From: a bacterium
GTDB taxonomy: Bacteria > Patescibacteriota > Patescibacteriia > Veblenbacterales > UBA10138
Length of the DNA stretch: 64,000 nt
Assembly: GCA_020057885.1 (NCBI GenBank)
Contig: JAGVEX010000015.1
Span: 55,862-119,861 of the forward strand
Direction of reading: 5' to 3'
Within the stretch, counting starts at the first letter, position 1. Every line of letters begins with the position of its first letter. Positions 10,787-19,910 of this stretch are shown piece by piece. A model generated the notes under the pieces. It had not been told where the DNA came from. It was given only the letters and a program-made list of their open reading frames with translations, and did not search any database. A program made the position numbers and the translations under genes.

Positions 10787-11791
10787 TTAGGGCTTGGGGG
10801 TTAAAATGTTCATCTTCTCTAATTCTACCATAGTTAGGCGGCCTAAGGCTCGTCGCACTGGGTGGAGTGCCAAAATTAGTTTATTATAAGGCACCCACTT
10901 CACTTCGGCGGCTTCGCGCGGATCTGGTTTTAATTTGGGCCTATCTTTAGACAAGCGTATAATAGCCAAACTTTGCTCTTGACCAAAATAAGGTTTCTTC
11001 TCCAAATCTGTTCCTTTTTCCCTTAATTTTTTGGACCAAAGGTATTTATGCACTTGTTCTTTAATTAAAATAGTTTCAAATTGTGTTATCCCAAGCTCTT
11101 CTTTAATCTCTTTTACTAAGGTTTGCTTTAAAGAATCACCTGGTTTAATACCCCCTTGAGGAAACTGCCAATCCCGAATATGATGATCTGAGCGCCTTAT
11201 TAACAAAATCTCGTTTTTGGGGTTAATTACACAAATAGCTAAATTAGGCCGTAATGGTCTTAAAACGCTTCCTGAGGTCAATTTTACGGCTTTGAGCGGC
11301 TTATAAATAGGCCCTTTTGAAGTCAGGATACTTTGAAAAAGGATAAACTGGCTTACTTTGAATAAAAGAGTTGGTATGGTTAATTTCGGGGCTTGTAGTA
11401 GTGTTGTTTTAAGTCGAATTAAAGTAAGGTGTGGCGGCTTAGCATCAGCCGGCATATCTACTTTTTTTACGGCTAGCACAACTTGTTTTTGTAAATTGTA
11501 AAAGTTTTGTGGGTTTTTTATATTCAAAGCTAAAAGTCTTGGTTTGTTATTGGGAATACCAATTAAATCACCAAGACTAATATCAAAATCTGACTCACTC
11601 TCCCCCACTTTCTCTAAAGTTTTTTCTAAAGCTAAAATTTTATCTTGAGGCACGTCACCCAAAAAAGCCAAGGTGAGATGTAAGTTTTTAACTTCAACCA
11701 ACGTTCCCTTTATGGGAGGAAATAAATTATAAATACGCGCTACCTCAGTTTTAATATTTAGTGGTAGTTCAATAGCTATAAATAATCGCAT
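10787..11791 (-). CDS. thpR: RNA 2',3'-cyclic phosphodiesterase (ThpR/LigT) fused to an RppH-like Nudix hydrolase
   Basis: MRLFIAI, two HLTL 2H motifs; C-terminal WQFPQGG..EIKEELG Nudix box. Confidence 0.85.
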   Translation of the reverse strand: MRLFIAIELPLNIKTEVARIYNLFPPIKGTLVEVKNLHLTLAFLGDVPQDKILALEKTLEKVGESESDFDISLGDLIGIPNNKPRLLALNIKNPQNFYNLQKQVVLAVKKVDMPADAKPPHLTLIRLKTTLLQAPKLTIPTLLFKVSQFILFQSILTSKGPIYKPLKAVKLTSGSVLRPLRPNLAICVINPKNEILLIRRSDHHIRDWQFPQGGIKPGDSLKQTLVKEIKEELGITQFETILIKEQVHKYLWSKKLREKGTDLEKKPYFGQEQSLAIIRLSKDRPKLKPDPREAAEVKWVPYNKLILALHPVRRALGRLTMVELEKMNILTPKP

Positions 11792-11889
11792 AATGTGTAC
11801 ATTTTAACATAATTTAGATAATTTTTCCAGAACTTTAGGTTAACTGTATGGTATTGTTATCGGTATTTAAAAGTGCTATAATATATTAT

Positions 11890-13284
11890 ATGAATCAGCG
11901 TTATAAGCGCTTGTTTTTTGTGTTAATAGGGCTTGTGTTAATAACTGGCTCATTTTTACCTGCGCTCGTCCAAGCTCAGGTAGAATTTGATTATAACTAT
12001 ATTCTTTCTGATAATGACATGTTTGATTACCAATCAATGTCTTTTGAGCAAATTCAAAACTTTTTGATTGCCAAAGGAAGCACTTTGGCCACCTACCGTG
12101 ATCCCATAACTTCCCTGCGGGCAGCTGAAGTTATTTATCACACTGCGCAAGATTTTAAAATAAGTCCTAAATTTTTAATAGCCCTTTTACAAAAAGAACA
12201 AAGTTTAATAGAAAATAATAATCCCAGCTTATATAATTATGACTGGGCTACCGGCTACGCCGTATGTGATGGCTGTGATATTAATGATCCTTACCTTCAA
12301 CGTTACAAGGGATTTTATAATCAAGTTTATAATGCCGGCAAAAAAATAAGGCGAGATTATATTCCTAACTTGGAAAATAACGGCCACACTATTTCAGGGT
12401 TAGGCCCTAATCAACCAAAAACAATTGATGGTGTTTTGATAAAACCAGCTAATAACGCTACAGCAATTGTTTACACCTACACGCCACATTTGCACGGCAA
12501 TCAACTGCTCTGGACAATTTGGAATAGATATTTTACTAGAGCTTACCCCGACGGCACACTGCTTAATGTGGAAGGCGAAAAAGAAGTTTGGTTAATTGAA
12601 AATGGACAGCGTCGCAAATTTGCCAACCGAAGCGTATTTTTATCGTACTATGATTCTTTTGATAATGTAATCACTATTAATAAAACTGAACTATTAAAAT
12701 ACTCTGAAGGTGTTCCTATTAGATTCGCCAACTATTCTTTTATACGAACGCCAAAAGGAACTGTCTATTTATTAATAGGTGACGCTATTCGTGGATTTGA
12801 TTCGCGCGAGGCCTTGCGCCGCGTTGGTGTGAGTCCAGAGGAAATTATAAAAGTAAAACAGGAGGATATATTAGATTTTGTTGAAGGCCAACCGATTACT
12901 ATAAAAAGTGTTTATCCTTTAGGCACACTTTTGCAAGTTAAAGAAACTGGTGGAATTTATTGGGTACAAGACGGCATAAAACATCCAATTATGTCACGCG
13001 AAATTTTAAAATCTAATTTTGGCAGCCGGCGCGCTACCAAAATGACAACTAAACAATTAGCTCAGTACGACACGGCCGAACCTGTATTGTTTAAAGAAGG
13101 CGACTTGGTAAGCAGTAAAACAGATCCTGGAACAATTTACTTAATATCAAATAAACAGCGACGACCTTTCGCCTCGGATAAGGCCTTTTCTCAGCTAGGT
13201 TTTGATAAGGCTAATATAATTACCACCAATGACCAATCTTTAACTATTCATGAAATTGGTTCAATGATTAATGAAAGCTTCTAA
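11890..13284 (+). CDS. Secreted protein with lysozyme-like N-domain and CPR surface repeats
   Basis: Signal peptide, LLQKEQSL and YTYTPH region, repeated 'VYLI..G.RR.F' units. Confidence 0.65.
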   Translation: MNQRYKRLFFVLIGLVLITGSFLPALVQAQVEFDYNYILSDNDMFDYQSMSFEQIQNFLIAKGSTLATYRDPITSLRAAEVIYHTAQDFKISPKFLIALLQKEQSLIENNNPSLYNYDWATGYAVCDGCDINDPYLQRYKGFYNQVYNAGKKIRRDYIPNLENNGHTISGLGPNQPKTIDGVLIKPANNATAIVYTYTPHLHGNQLLWTIWNRYFTRAYPDGTLLNVEGEKEVWLIENGQRRKFANRSVFLSYYDSFDNVITINKTELLKYSEGVPIRFANYSFIRTPKGTVYLLIGDAIRGFDSREALRRVGVSPEEIIKVKQEDILDFVEGQPITIKSVYPLGTLLQVKETGGIYWVQDGIKHPIMSREILKSNFGSRRATKMTTKQLAQYDTAEPVLFKEGDLVSSKTDPGTIYLISNKQRRPFASDKAFSQLGFDKANIITTNDQSLTIHEIGSMINESF

Positions 13285-13289
13285 GCTAT

Positions 13290-14075
13290 ATGCCTCTTAT
13301 ATCAGCCACAATTCTGCCTCATTCTCCCCTACTTTTGCCTGGATTAACTGATGAAGCGCGCGCCGCTGTTAGTAAAACCACCACAGCTATTGGCAGTCTC
13401 AGTGAAAAAATATTGTCACAAAAACCAGATGTTATTTTTATAATATCAGCACACACTGGTTTAGTAGGAGGCTCTAATAAATATGCTTTATTACAAGGAC
13501 CAAAATTTAATTATGTTTTTAACCAGTTTGGTGACTTAGTCACTAGTGGTAGCATTAAAGGGGCTATTGGCTTCACACACCACTTAAAAGAGAAGTTAGA
13601 AACAAAATTCCCCCTACCCCTAGTAAGCGCTGAATTATTACCTTACACTTTTGCCATACCTTTGGTTTGTCTTGGCGCTACTATTAATAGCTTGCCGATT
13701 GCTTGCTTACAAATTCCTAAAGAAATTTCCGCTGACGAAATAAAACGCTTAGCTACATTATTAAGTGAAGAAATTTCCGCTATGCCAGAACGTGTAGCAA
13801 TAATAGCGACTGGTAATCTATCGCATAACAAAGAAACTTCCAACACGCAGGCAAAAATCTTTGATCAGCTTTTTCAGGCGGCTTGCCAAGAAAATTCCCT
13901 AAACAAACTAACTAATATGGATGTATCGGTGCGACGAGAAATAGAAGAATGTTTATGGTCCCCCACTACTTTGCTATATTCTTTATTAGGAGAACAGAAA
14001 GTGTCTACCCAAATAATATCTTATGAAGCTTCTGTTGGAATTGGTTTTTTGGTGGCAGAAATTAATATAGATTAA
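13290..14075 (+). CDS. LigB/MEMO-like (extradiol dioxygenase subunit B fold) protein
   Basis: PHSPLL, IISAH, IATGNLSH, SYE..GIG motifs. Confidence 0.75.
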   Translation: MPLISATILPHSPLLLPGLTDEARAAVSKTTTAIGSLSEKILSQKPDVIFIISAHTGLVGGSNKYALLQGPKFNYVFNQFGDLVTSGSIKGAIGFTHHLKEKLETKFPLPLVSAELLPYTFAIPLVCLGATINSLPIACLQIPKEISADEIKRLATLLSEEISAMPERVAIIATGNLSHNKETSNTQAKIFDQLFQAACQENSLNKLTNMDVSVRREIEECLWSPTTLLYSLLGEQKVSTQIISYEASVGIGFLVAEINID

Positions 14076-14082
14076 TTCGCCT

Positions 14083-15939
14083 ATGGCTGAAGATATAAAA
14101 ATCGCGGAGGTAGTACTAATACAGAGACTGCCCAGATTAACTCGTGTTTTTGATTATACTTTACCAGCTTCGCTAAAAACCAAACCGGGCGATTTGGTAC
14201 GTGTGCCATTTCGTAAAAAAATGTCAAATAGCGTAATTGTAAAAATTAAACGCTACACTAATATTAAAACACGCCTGTTAGCTGTGGATTCATTACTAGT
14301 AGAACATTTTGTTACTAACTCACAGATAAAATTATCCCAACAAGCCGCTGAACATTTTGGAGTATCATGGAGTTCAACTATGCTTTTGTGCTCTCCTGTT
14401 TTACCCAATCGTCGTTTTACTCCTTTGTTAATAAACAATTCTACCACAACAAAAACCTCTAAAAAACAAAACAAACCGCTAACTATAATATTTGAAAAAA
14501 AGGCTGAACGTGAACAAGTTGTAAAATCTCTTGCCCAAAAAGTGATAGCTCGCCAGCAACAACTATTAATATTGGTGCCGGAATTAAATTATATAGAATC
14601 ATGGTTTAAAATTTTAAAATCAAATTACCAGGTGGTCACCTTTACCTCTGAAGGTACTATTAAAAAGCAACGGCAAACATGGGAAGAGGCCAGAAATGGC
14701 AAGGCACAAATCATTATTGGCACTAGAGCGGCGCTGTGGCTCAATTTTTATAATTTAGGCGGAATAGTAATAGACTATGCGGAAAATGAAAATTATAAAC
14801 AGTATGATCAAAATCCACGCTATAATAGCTTAGAAATAGCCAATTGGCTTGCTAAATTAAATGCGGCCTCTTTGGCCTTACTTACGCCAGCACCCGCTTT
14901 AACTGAATGGTGGCAAACACAACAAAAGCATAATACTTGGAAAAAACTAAGCTCATTAGCGCATAAAGTTAAACTAGTTGATTTAGCTGCCGAACGTCAA
15001 AGCGGTAATCACTCTTTAATTTCATACGAACTACACGAGGCTATAGAAACAAGATTATCTCACTCCAAACAAATTTATCTATATTTGAATAGACGAGGGT
15101 GCGCCACCACCATAACCTGTCGCGATTGTGGATACACTGCCAATTGCCCAACTTGTGAACGTTCGTTGGTTTGGAATGAAAAACAAAACCAGCTCAATTG
15201 TTATAACTGTAATATTAAACAGCCTATTCCACTCCCCTGCCCCAAGTGTCATGGCGTAAATTTACGTTATTTAGGTAGTGGTTTAGAAAAATTAGAAAAT
15301 GAAGTAAAAAAAACATGGCCCAAAATCAAAACTATAACTCTGGAGGGTGAGATAAACAAAGAAATAAAAAATAAAATCGCAGAAGCACAGATAATTTTAG
15401 GAAGTCGTGCCGCCTGGCGTTATTTAGATTTTTCTAAAATTGACTTAATTGGCGCGGTGTTACCAGATGCGGAATTATCCCTACCAGAATTTCGCGCGGC
15501 GGAATCCACTTGGCAAACCATGAGATTTTTTATAACAAATGATGTTAATGAATTAATCATACAAACTTATCGACCAGAACATTATGTTTGGCAAAGCTTG
15601 ATAAAAAATGATTTTAATTTTTTTTACCAAAATGAATTAAAAGAGCGTGATAAATATCAATACCCTCCTTTTTGTAATTTAATCAGATTTACCACTCAAG
15701 CCATAACAGAAAAAGAAGCGCTTACTCAGGCACGTCAAATACGCATTAAAATTATGAACCAAATTAACAAAAACACCACCTTGGTTGGTCCTTACCGCGA
15801 TTATTATAAGCAAGTAAGAGGGCGCTTTCGTTTTCACTTATTACTACGTTACCAGAGCGAATTTAATCCTGAAAAGCTCTGGCCTGTTTTACCAGATGAT
15901 ATACTTATTGACAGGCACCCATATAATGTATTAAGTTAA
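14083..15939 (+). CDS. priA: Primosomal protein N' with degenerate helicase motifs
   Basis: FDY 3'-binding domain, LVPE, IIGTR, LNRRG, four CxxC pairs, IQTY. Confidence 0.9.
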   Translation: MAEDIKIAEVVLIQRLPRLTRVFDYTLPASLKTKPGDLVRVPFRKKMSNSVIVKIKRYTNIKTRLLAVDSLLVEHFVTNSQIKLSQQAAEHFGVSWSSTMLLCSPVLPNRRFTPLLINNSTTTKTSKKQNKPLTIIFEKKAEREQVVKSLAQKVIARQQQLLILVPELNYIESWFKILKSNYQVVTFTSEGTIKKQRQTWEEARNGKAQIIIGTRAALWLNFYNLGGIVIDYAENENYKQYDQNPRYNSLEIANWLAKLNAASLALLTPAPALTEWWQTQQKHNTWKKLSSLAHKVKLVDLAAERQSGNHSLISYELHEAIETRLSHSKQIYLYLNRRGCATTITCRDCGYTANCPTCERSLVWNEKQNQLNCYNCNIKQPIPLPCPKCHGVNLRYLGSGLEKLENEVKKTWPKIKTITLEGEINKEIKNKIAEAQIILGSRAAWRYLDFSKIDLIGAVLPDAELSLPEFRAAESTWQTMRFFITNDVNELIIQTYRPEHYVWQSLIKNDFNFFYQNELKERDKYQYPPFCNLIRFTTQAITEKEALTQARQIRIKIMNQINKNTTLVGPYRDYYKQVRGRFRFHLLLRYQSEFNPEKLWPVLPDDILIDRHPYNVLS

Positions 15940-15965
15940 ATTATTAAATATATTATATTAAGACA

Positions 15966-16442
15966 ATGGCAGAAATTTATCAAACAAGAAATTTTATAGT
16001 AGAAAGCGCAGAAAAACCACATATTACTAGAACTGATGGTGGTCATATCAAAATTGTACCCAAAATAAGAATTATTGACCGTACACAGCTTACAGCCAAA
16101 CAAGCTATTGAATTTATGAGATTAACAATGGTGGCGGGCGAAGCAATGGCTAAAGGACTACAACAACAAGGTATTGATATTGGCAGGATTAATTACCAAG
16201 ACATGAGTAATTGGTCAGTATTTAGTGCAGAAGGACCTTATTTTCATTTACATCTTTACGGCCGTGCCAAAAATGCAAAAATTCAAAAATATGGTGATGC
16301 TGTACATCTACCACAACGCGAAACAGGATTTTATGATAAATTTGAACCACTCAACAAGGAAGATATAATTCAAGTTAAGAAACAAATCGAATTGACTTTG
16401 AAAGAAGAAAAATATCAAGACGACAAATGGGGACTAGTTTAA
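15966..16442 (+). CDS. HIT-family protein
   Basis: RINYQDMSNW and FHLHLYGR motifs. Confidence 0.7.
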   Translation: MAEIYQTRNFIVESAEKPHITRTDGGHIKIVPKIRIIDRTQLTAKQAIEFMRLTMVAGEAMAKGLQQQGIDIGRINYQDMSNWSVFSAEGPYFHLHLYGRAKNAKIQKYGDAVHLPQRETGFYDKFEPLNKEDIIQVKKQIELTLKEEKYQDDKWGLV

Positions 16443-16447
16443 TATAT

Positions 16448-16930
16448 ATGCTTTCTTTAATTACTCTACCAAACCCAATCTTAAGAAAAGTTGCTGAGGA
16501 TGTTAAATTCCCGGTTGATTCGAATTTTCGTAAATTTATTAAGGAAATGTTTACAGCTATGAAACATTACGACGGTATTGGCTTAGCCGCGCCGCAAGTT
16601 GGCAAAAGTATTCAACTAATGGTCATAAACACGCCCAATAAGCCAACGGCTTTTATCAATCCAGTTGTACTTAAAAAATCTTGGAAAAAATCAGAAGCGG
16701 AAGAGGGCTGTCTTTCTGTTCCAAATGTCTATGGAATGGTAAAAAGATCAAAGAAAATATTGGTTAGTTTTTTTAATATAGATGGTGTGAAGCACGAAGA
16801 ATGGTTGGATGGAATGATAGCGCGAGTATATCAACATGAAGTCGATCATTTAAATGGAATACTATTTATTGACCGAACAAAAAAAATAATTCAAGGGAAA
16901 GAATTATTAGCCGAATATTTAACTAAATAA
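16448..16930 (+). CDS. def: Peptide deformylase
   Basis: GIGLAAPQ, EGCLS, QHEVDH. Confidence 0.97.
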   Translation: MLSLITLPNPILRKVAEDVKFPVDSNFRKFIKEMFTAMKHYDGIGLAAPQVGKSIQLMVINTPNKPTAFINPVVLKKSWKKSEAEEGCLSVPNVYGMVKRSKKILVSFFNIDGVKHEEWLDGMIARVYQHEVDHLNGILFIDRTKKIIQGKELLAEYLTK

Positions 16931-16970
16931 TCTATTTAATCATTCATCCGAATGGTTCAATAATAATAAT

Positions 16971-17909
16971 ATGAAATTAGACTCTAGCTTCACTTATTAT
17001 GGTACTTCTGAATTCTCGGCCTCTATACTACAAGGCCTATTAAAAGCTGGGCTAAAACCTAATTTAATTGTTTCCACTATTGCCAAACCAGCCGGCCGCG
17101 GGTTAAAAATCAAACCCGTTCCTGTGGCGCAAATTGCCAAAGAATTAAATCTGCCGCTTTTAGAGGTGAAAACTTTAAAAGACAAAGAGATACAAAAACA
17201 ATTATCTCTTTCTGCCACACCGTTTGCTATTTTGGCTGCTTTTGGAAAAATTATTCCCCCAGAAATTTTAGAGCTTTATCCCAAAGGAATAATTAATGTT
17301 CATCCTTCGCTTTTGCCACTATATCGCGGTCCCGCGCCTATTCAATATGCCATTCGGGATGGTCAGCACCATACGGGCGTAAGTTTGATAATACTAGATA
17401 AAGAAGTTGATCATGGCCCAATTTTAGCTCAAGAAAAATGCCTGATAGAAAAAATTGATAATATTACTTCACTCTCTAATAAATTAGCCGAGATTTCTAT
17501 AAAACTTCTGCTCTCTACTATTAATTCATACTTAGACAATTCACTTTCCCTTATTACACAAGACCATAATAAAGCCACTTTTACAAAAATGATAACGCGT
17601 GAGGATGGTAAGGCTGATTTTTTAAAAAGCGCAATTGAACTTAATAATGAGCGCCGCGCTTTTACACCTTGGCCCGGGCTTTGGACTACTTGGCAAGGTA
17701 AAATAGTCAAATTTTTAGAAACCAAACCAAGTGAACCAAGTTCTGGCACGCCGGGAAAAATTGAATTAATTAACAATGATTTAATAATCCATTGTGGCCA
17801 AGGGGTGTTATTAATTAATTCCCTACAACTTGAGGGTGGTAAACAGTTGTCATCTTCTGAATTTTTAAGAGGTCACAAAGATTTTATTGCGGCCAAACTA
17901 CCATCATAA
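16971..17909 (+). CDS. fmt: Methionyl-tRNA formyltransferase
   Basis: NVHPSLLPLYRGPAP, D(H)GPI, PWPG; follows def. Confidence 0.96.
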   Translation: MKLDSSFTYYGTSEFSASILQGLLKAGLKPNLIVSTIAKPAGRGLKIKPVPVAQIAKELNLPLLEVKTLKDKEIQKQLSLSATPFAILAAFGKIIPPEILELYPKGIINVHPSLLPLYRGPAPIQYAIRDGQHHTGVSLIILDKEVDHGPILAQEKCLIEKIDNITSLSNKLAEISIKLLLSTINSYLDNSLSLITQDHNKATFTKMITREDGKADFLKSAIELNNERRAFTPWPGLWTTWQGKIVKFLETKPSEPSSGTPGKIELINNDLIIHCGQGVLLINSLQLEGGKQLSSSEFLRGHKDFIAAKLPS

Positions 17910-17913
17910 AAAT

Positions 17914-19008
17914 ATGAATAAATTTATTTGGTTTGTAATACCATTTGCGCTGGCATGTATCCTGATGCCTGTTTTGCTTATTAACAAAGTTAACACCCAA
18001 ATTAAACAATATAACGCCTTTCAGCTCATTAATAATCAAACACAAAATTCAACCAGTGATCTTTTACCAACAACTAGCTCTAAAATATCATTTTTAGCAG
18101 TTGGCGATATTTCCCTTTCCCGGAACGTAGCTGCTCAAATTATAAAACACGACGATCCTTTATTGCCCTTTAAAAATATAGCAAATTTACTCAAATCCAC
18201 TGATTTCAATTTTGCTAATTTAGAATCACCTTTTGCAGGAGGAAATTATTTTGGCAAAACAGGCAGTTTAGTTTTTAATGCACCACTCAATAATATAAAA
18301 GGGCTGGTGGAATATAATTTTAAAATACTAAACCTAGCAAATAACCACGCGCTGGATCAGGGTTTAAGAGGTCTAGAATATACACGTAATTATTTAACTA
18401 AAAACAATATTCAATATACAGGAGTTGGTAATAATCTCACCGAGGCCTGGCAGCCAGTTTTGGTTAAAGCAAATGATATTAAGATTGCTTTTATTGGCGC
18501 GTCTTACAGCTCAATTAACGATAATGCGAAAACCACTAATAATTATGTTGCCAGAATTGAAGATTTAAACATGCTTAAAAATGCCATAGCCAAAGCTAAA
18601 AAAACATCAGATTTTATAGTTGTTGCCATGCATGCGGGTACGGAATACACTTATAAACCGAACGAAAAACAAATAAACTTCGCTCACGCCGCTATTGAGG
18701 CCGGTGCTGATATGGTTATTGGTCATCATCCGCACTGGATACAATCAATTGAACAATATCAAGGCAAATACATTTTTTACAGTTTAGGAAACTTTATTTT
18801 TGATCAAATGTGGAGCCAAGAAACCAAAGAGGGTTTAATGCTTAAAATCATTTTGCAAAAAAATAGCGTGACTAAGCTTTACCAAGTCGAACTAATACCT
18901 ATTATAATAGAAAACTACAGCACTCCACGCTTAGCTAATGAACAAGAAAGTACTACTATGCTAAATCAGATTGGTATTAAAGAGAAAATATTATTTTCAG
19001 ACAACTAA
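17914..19008 (+). CDS. CapA/PgsA-family metallophosphoesterase
   Basis: VGDI, NLES, ANNH, HAGTEY, GHHPH, YSLGNF. Confidence 0.92.
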   Translation: MNKFIWFVIPFALACILMPVLLINKVNTQIKQYNAFQLINNQTQNSTSDLLPTTSSKISFLAVGDISLSRNVAAQIIKHDDPLLPFKNIANLLKSTDFNFANLESPFAGGNYFGKTGSLVFNAPLNNIKGLVEYNFKILNLANNHALDQGLRGLEYTRNYLTKNNIQYTGVGNNLTEAWQPVLVKANDIKIAFIGASYSSINDNAKTTNNYVARIEDLNMLKNAIAKAKKTSDFIVVAMHAGTEYTYKPNEKQINFAHAAIEAGADMVIGHHPHWIQSIEQYQGKYIFYSLGNFIFDQMWSQETKEGLMLKIILQKNSVTKLYQVELIPIIIENYSTPRLANEQESTTMLNQIGIKEKILFSDN

Positions 19009-19058
19009 TCTAAATATTGTTCGTATGAATAGTGTTTAGGTTAGTGATTTATATAAAC

Positions 19059-19091
19059 CAAAAACCTCCCGATAAATATCGGGAGGTTTTT
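19059..19091. terminator. Bidirectional intrinsic terminator
   Basis: aaaaacctcccgat-aaat-atcgggaggttttt between convergent genes. Confidence 0.8.
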
Positions 19092-19105
19092 CGTTATCTA
19101 AAAAT

Positions 19106-19345
19106 TTAGTAACGAGGAGGACGGCTCTTGCGTAAACAATCGCGACAGCGAATTGTATTTAAACGGGCCGGATCCGGCTGAAATGGCAACTGTGCAACAG
19201 CTGCGCCGCAATCGGCGCACTTAATATTAAGTGCCGAAACATCTATGAGCTGGCGTGGGGCGCGGTTAAAACCGCCACCGAAACCGCCGCGATTACCACC
19301 GCGGAAGCCACCACCTTGCCCATCATCATTATTCTGGTAGGTCAT
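19106..19345 (-). CDS. Small CxxC-x17-CxxC Zn-ribbon protein with RGG-rich N-terminus
   Basis: CADC...LPFQP...CRDC; strong SD aaagggggtga upstream. Confidence 0.85.
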   Translation of the reverse strand: MTYQNNDDGQGGGFRGGNRGGFGGGFNRAPRQLIDVSALNIKCADCGAAVAQLPFQPDPARLNTIRCRDCLRKSRPPRY

Positions 19346-19451
19346 ATAGCGAAATTCACCCCCTTTCTTATAAGCTATTAGGATGAACTTTTTCGCTTAT
19401 GACCTACTTATTATGTAAGCTTTTTACGAAACTCTATCCTAACTGAAAATA

Positions 19452-19480
19452 AGTATATCACAACATGTATAATCTGTCAA
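19452..19480 (-). promoter_or_regulatory. Sigma70 promoter
   Basis: TTGACA-17nt-TATACT on the minus strand. Confidence 0.75.
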
Positions 19481-19543
19481 GGGTAAATAAAAAATAAGTC
19501 CCTACATTATGCAGAGACTTATTTGCTTGGTTTTTTTATTCTA

Positions 19544-19693
19544 TTACCACTTTGGATTGTCCAAAGTTTCTTTTGCTTCTTTTATGTGTCGTAAATATGC
19601 AGACACTGATATACAAATACAATCAAATGTTGTAAATTTAGCACGTAAACCATGGAAAAGTTTTTTCCAAATCGATGAATTTTTGTTTTTCAT
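19544..19693 (-). CDS. Small protein, 49 aa (MKNKNSSIWKKLFHGLRAKF...DNPKW), not in ORF track
   Basis: AGGAG SD 7 nt before ATG; downstream of a consensus promoter and an attenuator-like leader. Confidence 0.5.
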   Translation of the reverse strand: MKNKNSSIWKKLFHGLRAKFTTFDCICISVSAYLRHIKEAKETLDNPKW

Positions 19694-19740
19694 TATATTA
19701 CTCCTATTAGATTGTGAATTTTATTTTTGTTTATAAAATC

Positions 19741-19771
19741 AAAAACCCCGTCTTGTTTGTACAAAACGGGG
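19741..19771 (-). terminator. Intrinsic terminator inside a leader
   Basis: ccccgttttgt...acaagacgggg followed by ttttt on the minus strand. Confidence 0.7.
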
Positions 19772-19880
19772 CTACTTGTGAATTTTAGTTATCTAAACCA
19801 AGACAACATTAAGCTCACGAGGGTAACCCCTCGTGCGGCGGAACAACTAAATTTAAATTAGTAACCATAAGCTTAAAAAT

Positions 19881-19909
19881 AGTATAGGGCATGTTTTAAA
19901 GTCTGTCAA
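19881..19909 (-). promoter_or_regulatory. Sigma70 promoter
   Basis: TTGACA-17nt-TATACT on the minus strand. Confidence 0.75.
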
Positions 19910-19910
19910 A

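Noticed and set aside
19509-19736. Plus-strand 75-aa ORF
   Set aside because: No SD or promoter support; the minus-strand 49-aa ORF has both.
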